Positions 47,070 through 57,104 of a stretch of 64,000 nt of DNA are shown one piece after another (position 1 is the stretch's first letter; every line of letters begins with the position of its first letter). The DNA is taken from contig CAZCYZ010000001.1 of assembly GCA_964503465.1 (NCBI GenBank), positions 17,583 to 81,582 of the forward strand, in the 5' to 3' direction. This DNA is from an uncultured Gammaproteobacteria bacterium. GTDB taxonomy: Bacteria; Patescibacteriota; Microgenomatia; UBA12405. Both the position numbers and the translations under genes were made by a program. The notes beneath the pieces were generated by a model. The model saw only the letters and a program-made list of their open reading frames with translations, did not search any database and had not been told where the DNA came from.

Positions 47070-49400
47070 ATGAGAAAGTTATCAGTTCTATTTTTACCCC
47101 TACTGTATTTTCTTTGTTCAAAGTTTACTTTTGCCCAAAGTATTTCCAATATCAATATTGGTCCTAGCCTCGATATTGCCCGCTTCGACAGTTATACCAT
47201 TACTGCCGATGTTGCTGGATATTCTACTACCGATCCGGTTACTGTTCGCCTCACTCCGATCAATGGTGACGATATCGAGAATTGGAATTTTACTGCTGCC
47301 GGCATCGGTTTAACCCGAGACTTAACCTTTGATATGACCTATGTTTCCGGCACAACGTGGCAAAAAACCAACATCCGTCCAGATTATATCTATCCGGAAA
47401 TATATTTTGCTAATTCAACCATTACCTGGAACAATACCCCCTCCAATATTTCAGTCCGGCGCAACAACTATAGTCTTTTTCATGTATCACACGGTTTTTC
47501 CTCTGTTGCCGATATGAATTTTTGGATCGAGATTAACGCCGATGCCGTCGCTGCCAACTCAGCCGATTTGCAGGTGTATTTAGTCAAGAAAGGCAAAACT
47601 GTTTCCTATTTCAATTCTGACTGGCGACTAGGAGTTGGTAGTTCAGAGGTTGAATTGGTGGGAACAGTTAATCGCTTGGCCGACTTTAACCATACTCATA
47701 ACGCCAATTCATCCCACCACCTCATTACTCTCACCGCCAATACAGATGGTACTTTTGGTACCAACCACCTTGATATTTCTGAAGATTTCTGGCTCATTCT
47801 ATACAATAACTCACCCAATGTTGCCCGGGGGTGGAACCTTCGTTACCACAATTCTTCTCTTTGCACTTACCCTGATCGGTGGTATCTTGGTAATCAAACT
47901 GGCTGGACTACCACCGTCCAAGCTGGGTGTCCAGATGTTCATTTTCATCTAGCCAGAAGAGATGCCCAGGTTATGGATGGAGTTGGTGTTAATATTTCCG
48001 CCGGTTCTACCTCTGCTAGTCAAAGTTTTTACTACGGCCAACTTCCCAATTTAGCTCCAGTTCCTGGTCGTTTTACCCATCCAGTTGGCGGAGCTCACTC
48101 GGGAAATTTAGACATTACCTGGTCCTCGGCCTCCGATCCCAACGATGATGTTCTAACTTACAAAATATATCTGCTCAATGGCGGCGGAACTGAAGTTCAA
48201 ACTTTATCTTCGGGAACCACTGCCACCACTATCAGCCTAGACACCACCGGAATTACCAATGGGGAATACGGTCTAAAAGGTGAGGTCTGCGATCAGGCAC
48301 CCTTGTGTGTTTCATTTAACTCTAGTATCAATTTTTTTGTCAACAACGCTCAGGCCGAATTTTACACTGTTTCTTCAGCTAACTTAGCCTCAAGTAATTC
48401 AACACCCACCACCGCCCAAGAAGGGGATACTGTCACTTTAACTTTTACACTAAGCGGCCAGGTGTCTACCCCTGACGTAACTTTCTATTCTGCTGGTTAC
48501 CCAATAACTAATCCAATTACCACAACTAATACCTCCGGCAACACCTGGACAGCTTCTTTTGAAGCTGATACCAGCGACACCAATGGTGAAGTTTCCTTTG
48601 TGATTAGATCCTCCCAACTCGACGCCGAATATTATCAGACCACCGACAGTTCTTTTGTCACTATCGATAATCCAGTTCCTACCGCTACCCCTACTGCCAC
48701 CCCGACTCCGATCTTGACACCTACTTCTACTCCAACTCCAACCTCAACTCCGACCTTGACACCTACTTCTACTCCAACTCCAACCACCACTCCCTCCCAG
48801 AGTCCTACTTCTACTCCCACTTTCACTCCAACTCCAACCTCAACTCCGACCCCCACCCCAACCTCTTCTCCCTCCTCCTCAGCTACAGCCTCCTCCACCT
48901 CGTCTGTTGCCCTACCACCTTCGTGCTCTGACCTAAAACCTGCTACCAACCCTGATTTATTTCAAATTGTTGCCACCTCCAACCGGGCAATCTTATATTA
49001 TTTGCCTATTTCAGGCAAAAATACTTCTTACTACCTTGCTTACGGTCACCAATCGGGTAAACCACAATATGGTGCCATGATCAATTCCAGCCATTCTTCT
49101 GGCGTCCTGTCCTTTACTGTCAATTATCTTAAGCCAAACACTGTCTATTTTTTCAGAATCAGAGGTCAAAATGGTTGCGCCCCCGGTGACTGGAGCAATG
49201 AACTTAAAGTTAAAACACCACCACGAGGCAAAACCACCACTTTTTATAAGTACTTAAAATTTAATCCCTCACCTTTAAAAACCAAAAGCAGTTTTAAAAA
49301 TACATTTCCCCTCATTTCTCCAACCCCAACCTCCCCGCCTTCCGTTCATCCTACTTCGTCGCCTCAAATCAAAAAATGTTTCTTATTTTGGTGTAGATAA
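47070..49400 (+). CDS. secreted FN3/Ig-domain protein with Pro-Thr repeat stalk
   Basis: Signal peptide, PDLFQI...L.PNT.Y.F.IR..NGCAPG.WSN, (TP)n. Confidence 0.8.
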   Translation: MRKLSVLFLPLLYFLCSKFTFAQSISNINIGPSLDIARFDSYTITADVAGYSTTDPVTVRLTPINGDDIENWNFTAAGIGLTRDLTFDMTYVSGTTWQKTNIRPDYIYPEIYFANSTITWNNTPSNISVRRNNYSLFHVSHGFSSVADMNFWIEINADAVAANSADLQVYLVKKGKTVSYFNSDWRLGVGSSEVELVGTVNRLADFNHTHNANSSHHLITLTANTDGTFGTNHLDISEDFWLILYNNSPNVARGWNLRYHNSSLCTYPDRWYLGNQTGWTTTVQAGCPDVHFHLARRDAQVMDGVGVNISAGSTSASQSFYYGQLPNLAPVPGRFTHPVGGAHSGNLDITWSSASDPNDDVLTYKIYLLNGGGTEVQTLSSGTTATTISLDTTGITNGEYGLKGEVCDQAPLCVSFNSSINFFVNNAQAEFYTVSSANLASSNSTPTTAQEGDTVTLTFTLSGQVSTPDVTFYSAGYPITNPITTTNTSGNTWTASFEADTSDTNGEVSFVIRSSQLDAEYYQTTDSSFVTIDNPVPTATPTATPTPILTPTSTPTPTSTPTLTPTSTPTPTTTPSQSPTSTPTFTPTPTSTPTPTPTSSPSSSATASSTSSVALPPSCSDLKPATNPDLFQIVATSNRAILYYLPISGKNTSYYLAYGHQSGKPQYGAMINSSHSSGVLSFTVNYLKPNTVYFFRIRGQNGCAPGDWSNELKVKTPPRGKTTTFYKYLKFNPSPLKTKSSFKNTFPLISPTPTSPPSVHPTSSPQIKKCFLFWCR
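48678..48865 (+). repeat. coding Thr-Pro tandem repeat
   Basis: Repeated units such as CTTGACACCTACTTCTACTCCAACTCCAAC. Confidence 0.8.
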
Positions 49401-49402
49401 CT

Positions 49403-50896
49403 ATGTCTTTATTCATTTTTTTAGCTATTTTACCCTTTTCCCTTTTTTGTCTCCTTCTTCTTTTTCGTCCTAGCACCTCACTTTTAAAAATTTCTCTAAT
49501 CACCTTAGTTGTCACCGTTTTTATCGCCATCACTTTTTGGCACAGCCCTTTTGACATCATCTCTTTTTCGGCCACTCGAGGTTTTTTAATCTCACTTGAT
49601 ATCCTGGCCATTATTTTCGGAGCGATCTTATTTTTGGAAATCCTAAAAAAAATCAAAATTACCGACAACCTAGCTTTCCGCCTCGATGCTTTTTCGCCTG
49701 ATCTGCGGGTTCAAGTTATCATCTTGGCCTGGTTTCTTGAAATCTTTTTAGAAGGTATTGCTGGTTTTGGTACCCCATCCACCGTCGTCGCCCCAATGCT
49801 GGTCGCTTTGGGCTTATCCCCGTTTAAAGCCGTTGTTATTGCTTTGTTGGGTAACAGTGTTTCCGTTCCTTTTGGCGCCGTTGGTACTCCTCTTCGTCTT
49901 GGTCTTTCTGGTGTCAACTTACCACCAGCCTCCCTGGCTCCACTAACTGCTATTTACGGTTTTGTCGGCCTACTTATTCCCGCTTTTATGGCTTGGATTT
50001 TAGTTTCGTCAACCGACAGAAAGTTTATTTTATTTCGTCAGACCCTTCCTTTCGCTCTTTGGTCAGGTATCGCTTTTATCATTCCCGCTTATTTGGTTTC
50101 ATTCTTTGGCGTCGAATTCCCCTCCATTATAGGGCCAATTATTGGTCTAGTCTTGGTTGCCACCACCACTAAAGCCGGCCTTTTTTCTCTTGGTTCGGTG
50201 TATCGTCTGTCCCCCCGCAGTCTTAGACCCTCAACACTATTATCTTTTCAAAAAACTGTTTTTCCATATCTTCTTTTCATTATGCTTCTTATAATCGCTA
50301 AATTCTTATTGGGTACTATTTCAGTCCCAGTCCCGTCACTGTCTTATTCAATTAATATTTTTAATCCTGGTCTGGTCTTTATTCTCACTTCTATTATCAT
50401 CGCCGTTTTTTCTAAAATTTCAGTCTCCGATTTAATAATTATTGGTCGTCACGCCGCCAACAAAACCCTCGAGCCATTTTTGGTTGTCGCCATCATGTCA
50501 ATCATTGTTCAGCTTATGAATTATTCGAGCAACAACAGTTTTCCCCTTCCATCAATCACCCAAACCATATCAACAGTTTTTGAGACACAGTTGTTGCCAA
50601 TTGTTGCTCCGTTTGTTGGTGCTTTAGGAAGTTTCATTACCGGTTCGGCTACTGTCTCCGGTCTGATGTTTGCTCCATCTCTTTATTCATCAAGCTCTAA
50701 TCTTGGCCTGTCTTCCCCCAAAATACTCTCCCTTGCTATGGCCGGAGCCGGCATTGGCAATATGATTGCTCTTTCTGATGTCCTGGCTGCCAAAACTGTG
50801 GCTGACTCCCACACTTCTCTTCGTCAAATCATTTTGCAGATTTTGCCCTATTGCCTAATTTGTCTTGCTCTCATCTCTTTTATGGGTCTTGTTTAA
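49403..50896 (+). CDS. L-lactate permease family
   Basis: FLEGIAGFGTP, FGAVGTP, GSFITGSATVS, GNMI. Confidence 0.85.
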   Translation: MSLFIFLAILPFSLFCLLLLFRPSTSLLKISLITLVVTVFIAITFWHSPFDIISFSATRGFLISLDILAIIFGAILFLEILKKIKITDNLAFRLDAFSPDLRVQVIILAWFLEIFLEGIAGFGTPSTVVAPMLVALGLSPFKAVVIALLGNSVSVPFGAVGTPLRLGLSGVNLPPASLAPLTAIYGFVGLLIPAFMAWILVSSTDRKFILFRQTLPFALWSGIAFIIPAYLVSFFGVEFPSIIGPIIGLVLVATTTKAGLFSLGSVYRLSPRSLRPSTLLSFQKTVFPYLLFIMLLIIAKFLLGTISVPVPSLSYSINIFNPGLVFILTSIIIAVFSKISVSDLIIIGRHAANKTLEPFLVVAIMSIIVQLMNYSSNNSFPLPSITQTISTVFETQLLPIVAPFVGALGSFITGSATVSGLMFAPSLYSSSSNLGLSSPKILSLAMAGAGIGNMIALSDVLAAKTVADSHTSLRQIILQILPYCLICLALISFMGLV

Positions 50897-50897
50897 G

Positions 50898-51740
50898 TCA
50901 TCTGTTGAAGAAAATGAAGAACAATATCGAGCGCAGGGACAATACTACAGATTGAAATTTTGGTAATGGTTTAAGTGGCAATGACCACCGATCATAAATA
51001 TCTTGTAAGCTATTAGCAATCAACCGACCGCTACCCCCGCAAATATTAGTCGCTTCTAATGGCATTGAAAATTTGATTTTAAGTTTTGGTAGAATTTTCC
51101 CTAGTAGGGGAATAATCCGAAAGAAATCCCAAGAAGATGTTCCACTAACGTACGCCATCACCACTTTAGTTTCTTTTGGATATTTTAAATTCTTGATTAT
51201 ATGACCCACCCCGGGCAAAAAGTCCCGGCCATTTATTGATCCACCAGCTGGGAAAATTCCTACCAATGCTCCCTCGTTAATTCTTCTTGTTACCAAAGCC
51301 ATACTTTTAATATTTTTCCCATGAGCCACCTCTGGTGAATATTCAGGACTGAAATGCAATTTACCAAAAAGTCTTAGCCACAAGTTATTTTTGGACCTAT
51401 CACCAATTCGGTGCCCAATATACACCGGAATCAAATGTTTATTAATTGCTGGCAGAATCGATAACAAACTATGCATTACTACCAGGAATACTTTTCGTCT
51501 CGGTGGAATGGCCGCCAATAGCATCAATACCTCTATTTGGGCCGGATGATTACAAATCAATAACACCCGTTCATCTTTTAATACTTTTTTGGTTGTCTCT
51601 GGTAACTCAATCTCTAGTCCCGACGAACAATCTTCAACCACTCGTTTTAAAGTTGTTGACAATCCCTTCGATTTTAGCTTTCGGTTAATCGGCCGAAGAA
51701 TTCGTCGCAGGCCAATTGTAGTATAAAGTGATCTGGACAC
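50898..51740 (-). CDS. PlsC-like acyltransferase
   Basis: ICNHPAQIE (HX4E variant) and IFPAG. Confidence 0.7.
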   Translation of the reverse strand: MSRSLYTTIGLRRILRPINRKLKSKGLSTTLKRVVEDCSSGLEIELPETTKKVLKDERVLLICNHPAQIEVLMLLAAIPPRRKVFLVVMHSLLSILPAINKHLIPVYIGHRIGDRSKNNLWLRLFGKLHFSPEYSPEVAHGKNIKSMALVTRRINEGALVGIFPAGGSINGRDFLPGVGHIIKNLKYPKETKVVMAYVSGTSSWDFFRIIPLLGKILPKLKIKFSMPLEATNICGGSGRLIANSLQDIYDRWSLPLKPLPKFQSVVLSLRSILFFIFFNR

Positions 51741-51808
51741 CTGCTTATTCTATCATTGCCAATCGTCTCAATTGATCCTCTCCTAAAATACGACTAAAAT
51801 GTATTTAG

Positions 51809-53380
51809 GTGGACATCATTAAAATTCTTAAGAATCTAAAAGTTAAGGGTACTAATCAAGAAAGCCTATTAACTGGTTTGGGAGTTGAGCAAGTTGGGAA
51901 ATCAATTTACCTTTTTTACCGATTGGACACCGACCATTCAAGTGCTATTAGACTTGCCAGAAGTACCGATGGGGTTGAGTTTAATCTTGTAAAAATCCTT
52001 CAAGAAGAAAAATATCTCCGAAGTACGATTAGTCTTTCAATCAAAAAAGCTATTCGTTCCAGGATAGAGTATTTTGACTGCGGCCCTATTGAATTCGAAG
52101 GAGTAGTCAAGGTCAATGGTGGCAACTTGGTGGTCTATCACCATCGTAATTGGCCCACTGGTTACCAAGTTGGGGTGGCTATTATTAAAAACAACAAAAC
52201 TGTCTATCGGTCAGAATCACCCCTTTGGGAGTCCCCAACTAATTGGGACAATCAAGAAGTCAACTTTGTTGGCCTGGCCTATCTTGACGGCAGGGTGGTC
52301 GGCTATTGGCAGGTTGATGATCAAATTCAGGCAGTTTTTTATCCCAGTTTCAAGTTACGAAGTTCTTCAGTTGCCAAAAACATCAAAGTTGGTCTTAACC
52401 GAACTGACCAAAATCCAATTATCTCTCCCAATCCACAAAACAATTGGGAGTCATGCCAAACTTTTAACCCCGGAGTAATATTGCTTGATAACAAATTCCG
52501 TTTTCTTTATCGCGCCATTGGCGATGATGGTGTTTCTCGTTTAGGTTATGCCGTCTCCGACGATGGTTTTGATATTGGTGGCCGACTTCCTTACCCTGTT
52601 TATACTCACGAAGCCGATCAGTCATTACCTGCCACTTTTAATCTTTATCCTTCCGGTGGTAGTTGGGCTGGTGCCGAAGACCCTCGACTGGTTCGAGTCG
52701 GTAACGAAAATACTGTTTATATGACTTACACCGCTTGTAACCATGGTTTACGGGTCGGACTGACCTCGATTAGTGTCGATGACTTTATTAATGGCCGATG
52801 GAACTGGAAACCTCCAATTTGCATTTCCCCTCCTGGCCAAATCCACAAAAACTGGGTAATTTTCCCGGAAAAAATTCGGGGTCACTATGCTATCCTGCAT
52901 GCCATCACCCCCAAAATTCACATTGAATATTTTGATGATTTAGATTTTAAAAGTGAAAAATATATTGAAAAGAGTATTGATCCTCAACTAATCCCACCTC
53001 AAAACAGCAGTTGGGATCGACGACTCCGCGGAGCCGGCTCCCCACCCATCAAAACAGACCATGGTTGGCTCATGTTTTATCATGCCATGAATTACAAGGT
53101 TGGAGTTATGTTGCTTGACTTAAACGACCCCACCAAAATTATTTGTCGTTCCAAAGCTCCGGTACTAGAATCAGCCGAATTTTACGAAAATAACGGCTTT
53201 AAGCCTGGTGTCGTCTATGTTTCCGGTGCTGTCATTCAGGATGGAAAAATTTACGTTTATTATGGCGGTGCCGATTCGTATGTTTGCGCCGCTTCAGCCG
53301 ACTTGGACACATTTTTAAAACAATTAAGGTATTCCGAACCGCCCACTTTGGAACCGGCCAGGATTATTAAAATTATCTAG
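51809..53380 (+). CDS. GH130-family glycosidase/mannoside phosphorylase
   Basis: TFNPG, LYRA, EDPRL, YTA, KNW..FP, YYGGAD. Confidence 0.85.
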   Translation: MDIIKILKNLKVKGTNQESLLTGLGVEQVGKSIYLFYRLDTDHSSAIRLARSTDGVEFNLVKILQEEKYLRSTISLSIKKAIRSRIEYFDCGPIEFEGVVKVNGGNLVVYHHRNWPTGYQVGVAIIKNNKTVYRSESPLWESPTNWDNQEVNFVGLAYLDGRVVGYWQVDDQIQAVFYPSFKLRSSSVAKNIKVGLNRTDQNPIISPNPQNNWESCQTFNPGVILLDNKFRFLYRAIGDDGVSRLGYAVSDDGFDIGGRLPYPVYTHEADQSLPATFNLYPSGGSWAGAEDPRLVRVGNENTVYMTYTACNHGLRVGLTSISVDDFINGRWNWKPPICISPPGQIHKNWVIFPEKIRGHYAILHAITPKIHIEYFDDLDFKSEKYIEKSIDPQLIPPQNSSWDRRLRGAGSPPIKTDHGWLMFYHAMNYKVGVMLLDLNDPTKIICRSKAPVLESAEFYENNGFKPGVVYVSGAVIQDGKIYVYYGGADSYVCAASADLDTFLKQLRYSEPPTLEPARIIKII

Positions 53381-53382
53381 CT

Positions 53383-55281
53383 GTGATCAAGGTTCAAAGT
53401 TATATTTTCAATCCCATTATTTCCCCCAACAAAAAACGGGATTATGAAAATCAGGCAACATTTAATGGCAGTGTCATTGTTGATAATGGTCAATATTTTA
53501 TGGTTTATCGCTGTCTTGGTAACAACCTCTCCACTATTGGTTTAGCTCAAAGTACCGATGGCTATAACTTTACCAAAAGACGACAAATTTTAAAACCCCA
53601 ATATCCCTGGGAACAGTGCGGTTTGGAAGACCCAAGAATCACCAAAATCGGCCAAAAATTTTACATTTTTTATACCGCTATCAGTGACAATCCTCCTGGG
53701 CCCAATTCAATCAAGATTGCCGTCGCTGTCACTACAGATTTTGTTAATTTCGATAAACATCTCGTTACTCCGTTTAACGCCAAAGCCATGGCCTTGTTCC
53801 CCAAAAAAGTTAATGGAAAATATTTGGCCATATTAACTGCCAACACCGATCTTCCCCCATCCCATACCGCTCTGGCCTTTTTTGACTCCGAAGATGATAT
53901 TTGGTCGGTTGACTATTGGCGCCAATGGTATTCCACCTTAGCGGCAAAGGAGATTGTTTTAAGACGCCTTAACCGCGACCACACCGAAATTGGTGCCGTT
54001 CCAATTGAGACTACTGATGGTTGGTTGTTAATTTATTCTTACAATGAGGATTATTTTAATGGCAGCTATGGTACTTTTGGTATTGAAGCTATACTTTTGG
54101 ACAAAAATGATCCGCAAAAAATCGTCGGTCGGACCATCAGCCCATTAATGCTTCCCCAAGAAGATTATGAGCTAAACGGATTAATTCCCAATGTCATCTT
54201 TCCAACAGGTTCATTGGTCAAAAACGATGATCTTTATATTTACTACGGTGCCGCCGACAACTATTGTGCCCTGGCAACTACAAATCTTCAGGACTTATTG
54301 ACCGAAATCAAGAAACACCCAAGCCCAGCCCCCAAACTTCAAAGATTTATTGGTAATCCAATAATCTCCCCTAGTAATGTTCTTAGTTGGCAATCAAAAG
54401 CTACTTTTAATCCCGCCGCTGTCTTAGTAAACCACGAAGTCCATCTTCTTTACCGAGCCATGGGGGCCGACAATACTTCAGTTTTTGGTTATGCCAAAAG
54501 TAACGACGGATTTACTTTTACAGACAAACTCTCTCAGCCTATTTATTCCCCTCGTGAATCTTTTGAAATGAAGAAAATGGAAAATTGTTTCAGCGGTTGT
54601 GAAGATCCACGAATCACCATAATAGGGGATTATCTCTATATTTGCTACACTGCCTATGACGGCCAAACTAATCCCAAAATCGCCCTTTCTTCTATTTCTG
54701 TCGCCGATTTTGTCAATCAAAAATGGAATTTTTCCAAACCAATTGTAATTTCTGATCCCAATTCTGACAACAAGGATGGATGTTTGTTTCCCGAACTCAT
54801 CGATGGTAAATATGTCTTCCTCCATCGAGAAGGTGGTAAGGGTATCATGATTGACTACCTTGATGATTTAGATTTTGCTAATAATCGCCACCTAGAAGGT
54901 GAAATGTGTTTTGTGTTGGGTCAAAACCAGTGGGAAAACGCCAAAATGGGTATATCCGCTCCCCCCATCAAAACTTCTGCTGGTTGGTTGCTTCTTTATC
55001 ATGGTGTCAGTAGAAACGATCAACAATACCGGCTTGGAGCTATGCTTTTGAAACTCGATGATCCCAAAACTATCCTTGGTAAAACCCGCTACCCTTTGTT
55101 GGAACCTGAAATGGACTACGAAAAATCTGGTGAAGTCAACAATGTCGTTTTCCCTTGTGGTGCCATTGCCCGAGGAGATGAAATTCTAGTTTATTATGGG
55201 GGTGGGGATAAAGTGGTTGGGGTTGCTCGGGGGAATGTCATCGAAATCATTGATTCGATGTTTAGCCAATTATCTTCCTAA
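53383..55281 (+). CDS. tandem two-domain GH130 protein
   Basis: Two copies of the FN/EDPRI/YTA/NV.FP/YYG motif set. Confidence 0.88.
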   Translation: MIKVQSYIFNPIISPNKKRDYENQATFNGSVIVDNGQYFMVYRCLGNNLSTIGLAQSTDGYNFTKRRQILKPQYPWEQCGLEDPRITKIGQKFYIFYTAISDNPPGPNSIKIAVAVTTDFVNFDKHLVTPFNAKAMALFPKKVNGKYLAILTANTDLPPSHTALAFFDSEDDIWSVDYWRQWYSTLAAKEIVLRRLNRDHTEIGAVPIETTDGWLLIYSYNEDYFNGSYGTFGIEAILLDKNDPQKIVGRTISPLMLPQEDYELNGLIPNVIFPTGSLVKNDDLYIYYGAADNYCALATTNLQDLLTEIKKHPSPAPKLQRFIGNPIISPSNVLSWQSKATFNPAAVLVNHEVHLLYRAMGADNTSVFGYAKSNDGFTFTDKLSQPIYSPRESFEMKKMENCFSGCEDPRITIIGDYLYICYTAYDGQTNPKIALSSISVADFVNQKWNFSKPIVISDPNSDNKDGCLFPELIDGKYVFLHREGGKGIMIDYLDDLDFANNRHLEGEMCFVLGQNQWENAKMGISAPPIKTSAGWLLLYHGVSRNDQQYRLGAMLLKLDDPKTILGKTRYPLLEPEMDYEKSGEVNNVVFPCGAIARGDEILVYYGGGDKVVGVARGNVIEIIDSMFSQLSS

Positions 55282-56050
55282 TTTCCTCAACTGTCTTTTT
55301 TGGTCGCTGCGCAAACACATTGTGTCCTGCCCCTTTTATGGTTACAAATTTAGTCACCATTGGGTTACTTCCTTTCTGAGCGTCAAATTCTCCATAAATA
55401 TAACTAATTGGGTTATGTAACTTAGTTAATATTTCAGGAAATTCTGTTTCAATTTCTTTTTTATAATCAGGGTCAGCCAAAGACACAGGATCCGTTACTC
55501 TTAAACTTGCTAGTAAGTTACTAGTGTCCTTTTCCTGACTTCCAGTGTTACCTCTTACCGTCGGAATCAATATATTTTCCTTCCCCCACTTGGTTGCCGC
55601 CATCAACCGTCTTATTTGATAGGGGATACAACTGGCTACCGTCGCCATCAATCCGGATATTTTTCCCGGAACCCCCACCAGAACCATCGTCCCCTTAAGA
55701 TTTCCATCAGCCGCCGTTTTAGCCGCCACTACCGTCCCTAGTGAAAAGGCAACAACTGGACTGTTCAATGTTTTTGTTTTTTTTAAGAACTCACCCAGGG
55801 CCTTGGTAAACAAATTGGTATCATGTTTTCTGCCATCTACTGTGTCCGATGCCCCAAATCCCGGCAGATCAAGCAAATATACTTGGTAATATTTAGCCAA
55901 TTCTTCCCCAAATTTACCCCAACAATCACTCGTCATTGACCCATGAACCAACACTATTTTTTGCCCCTGCCCCAACACCCGATAGTTCATCTTCCTTCCG
56001 CTAAAACCATATGTTTCTTGATACGGAAGTTTTTTTCGTGGCTCAAGCAT
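55262..56050 (-). CDS. alpha/beta hydrolase
   Basis: LVHG, DLPGFG, AFSLG nucleophile elbow, GAGH. Confidence 0.85.
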   Translation of the reverse strand: MLEPRKKLPYQETYGFSGRKMNYRVLGQGQKIVLVHGSMTSDCWGKFGEELAKYYQVYLLDLPGFGASDTVDGRKHDTNLFTKALGEFLKKTKTLNSPVVAFSLGTVVAAKTAADGNLKGTMVLVGVPGKISGLMATVASCIPYQIRRLMAATKWGKENILIPTVRGNTGSQEKDTSNLLASLRVTDPVSLADPDYKKEIETEFPEILTKLHNPISYIYGEFDAQKGSNPMVTKFVTIKGAGHNVFAQRPKKTVEEIRKIIG

Positions 56051-56340
56051 TATTTAGCCAGTATTTCTAGAATCTTGTCAAGCTTTGCGTTTATTGTTTC
56101 AAGCTGTGAACTTCCTCGTGAATCGTCCCTTCTCCTGCCTCCACCGCCACTTTTCTCGAAACATTGACTACATAGCACCGGTTTACCGCTAGTCGGTCTA
56201 AAAGGTACTCGGCAGTTTTTGCCACACTCACCACAAACTGCTTCAAACATCTGCCTATCGTCGTCCCGGCTTCCCCCAAAGCTTCTTTTCCCAAAACTTC
56301 GTTTCTTTCCAAAACTTTTGTTGTTATCAAAATATCCCAT
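56050..56340 (-). CDS. CxxC-x17-CxxC domain protein
   Basis: AVCGECGKNCRVPFRP..GKPVLCSQCF. Confidence 0.85.
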   Translation of the reverse strand: MGYFDNNKSFGKKRSFGKRSFGGSRDDDRQMFEAVCGECGKNCRVPFRPTSGKPVLCSQCFEKSGGGGRRRDDSRGSSQLETINAKLDKILEILAK

Positions 56341-56388
56341 CCACCATGATAACACACAATTCCCCTACACCCTAATTCAAGTTACATT

Positions 56389-56418
56389 TTCAGCAAAACT
56401 TCAGCCCTAGGTTATAAT
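56389..56418 (+). promoter_or_regulatory. OmpR-type direct repeat plus -10 (autoregulatory site)
   Basis: TTCAG-N6-TTCAG, then TATAAT. Confidence 0.55.
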
Positions 56419-56426
56419 CTCTCATC

Positions 56427-57101
56427 ATGAGAATCTTAGTCGTCGAAGATGAACACCGTTTAGCCAATTCCATTAAAAAGGGCCTCGAACAGGAGCACTA
56501 CGCTGTCGACGTTGCCTACGATGGTCTCGACGGTTACGATCTGGCTGCCTCCGAGGATTATGACTTAATTCTCCTTGATCTAATGCTTCCTGGTATGGAC
56601 GGCCTAGCTGTTTGCCACAAGCTTCGTCAGCAACAAGATCACACTCCAATTCTTATCCTAACCGCCAAGGGTCAGGTCGAGGACAAAGTTACCGGTCTTA
56701 ATACCGGTGCCGACGATTACCTTACCAAACCATTTTCTTTTGACGAACTTCTGGCTCGAATTCGTTCTCTTACTCGTCGTCCCAAAAAATCCCTGGATCT
56801 CATTCTCACCCTTGACGATTTAAGTCTTAATACCATTACCTATGAAGTTTCTCGGGCTGGCAAACCAATCAAGCTTTCCGGTAAAGAATATTCACTTCTT
56901 GAATTCTTGCTCCGGCATCCTCGTCAGATTGTCAAAAAAGAACGTATTATTGGCCATGTTTGGGACTATGATTCCGACATCCTCCCCAACACTGTTGAGG
57001 TTTATATCAAAAACCTTCGCCGCAAAATTGACGACCCATTCTCCAAACTCCCACCGCTTATTAATACGGTTCGTGGTTTTGGTTACCGACTTGGTAATTA
57101 A
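56427..57101 (+). CDS. OmpR-family response regulator
   Basis: VVEDE, LLDLMLP, GADDYLTKPF, TVRGFGY. Confidence 0.95.
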   Translation: MRILVVEDEHRLANSIKKGLEQEHYAVDVAYDGLDGYDLAASEDYDLILLDLMLPGMDGLAVCHKLRQQQDHTPILILTAKGQVEDKVTGLNTGADDYLTKPFSFDELLARIRSLTRRPKKSLDLILTLDDLSLNTITYEVSRAGKPIKLSGKEYSLLEFLLRHPRQIVKKERIIGHVWDYDSDILPNTVEVYIKNLRRKIDDPFSKLPPLINTVRGFGYRLGN

Positions 57102-57104
57102 TTT

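Noticed and set aside
48635-48949. Minus-strand (VG)n ORF
   Set aside because: Antisense shadow of the Thr-Pro repeat.
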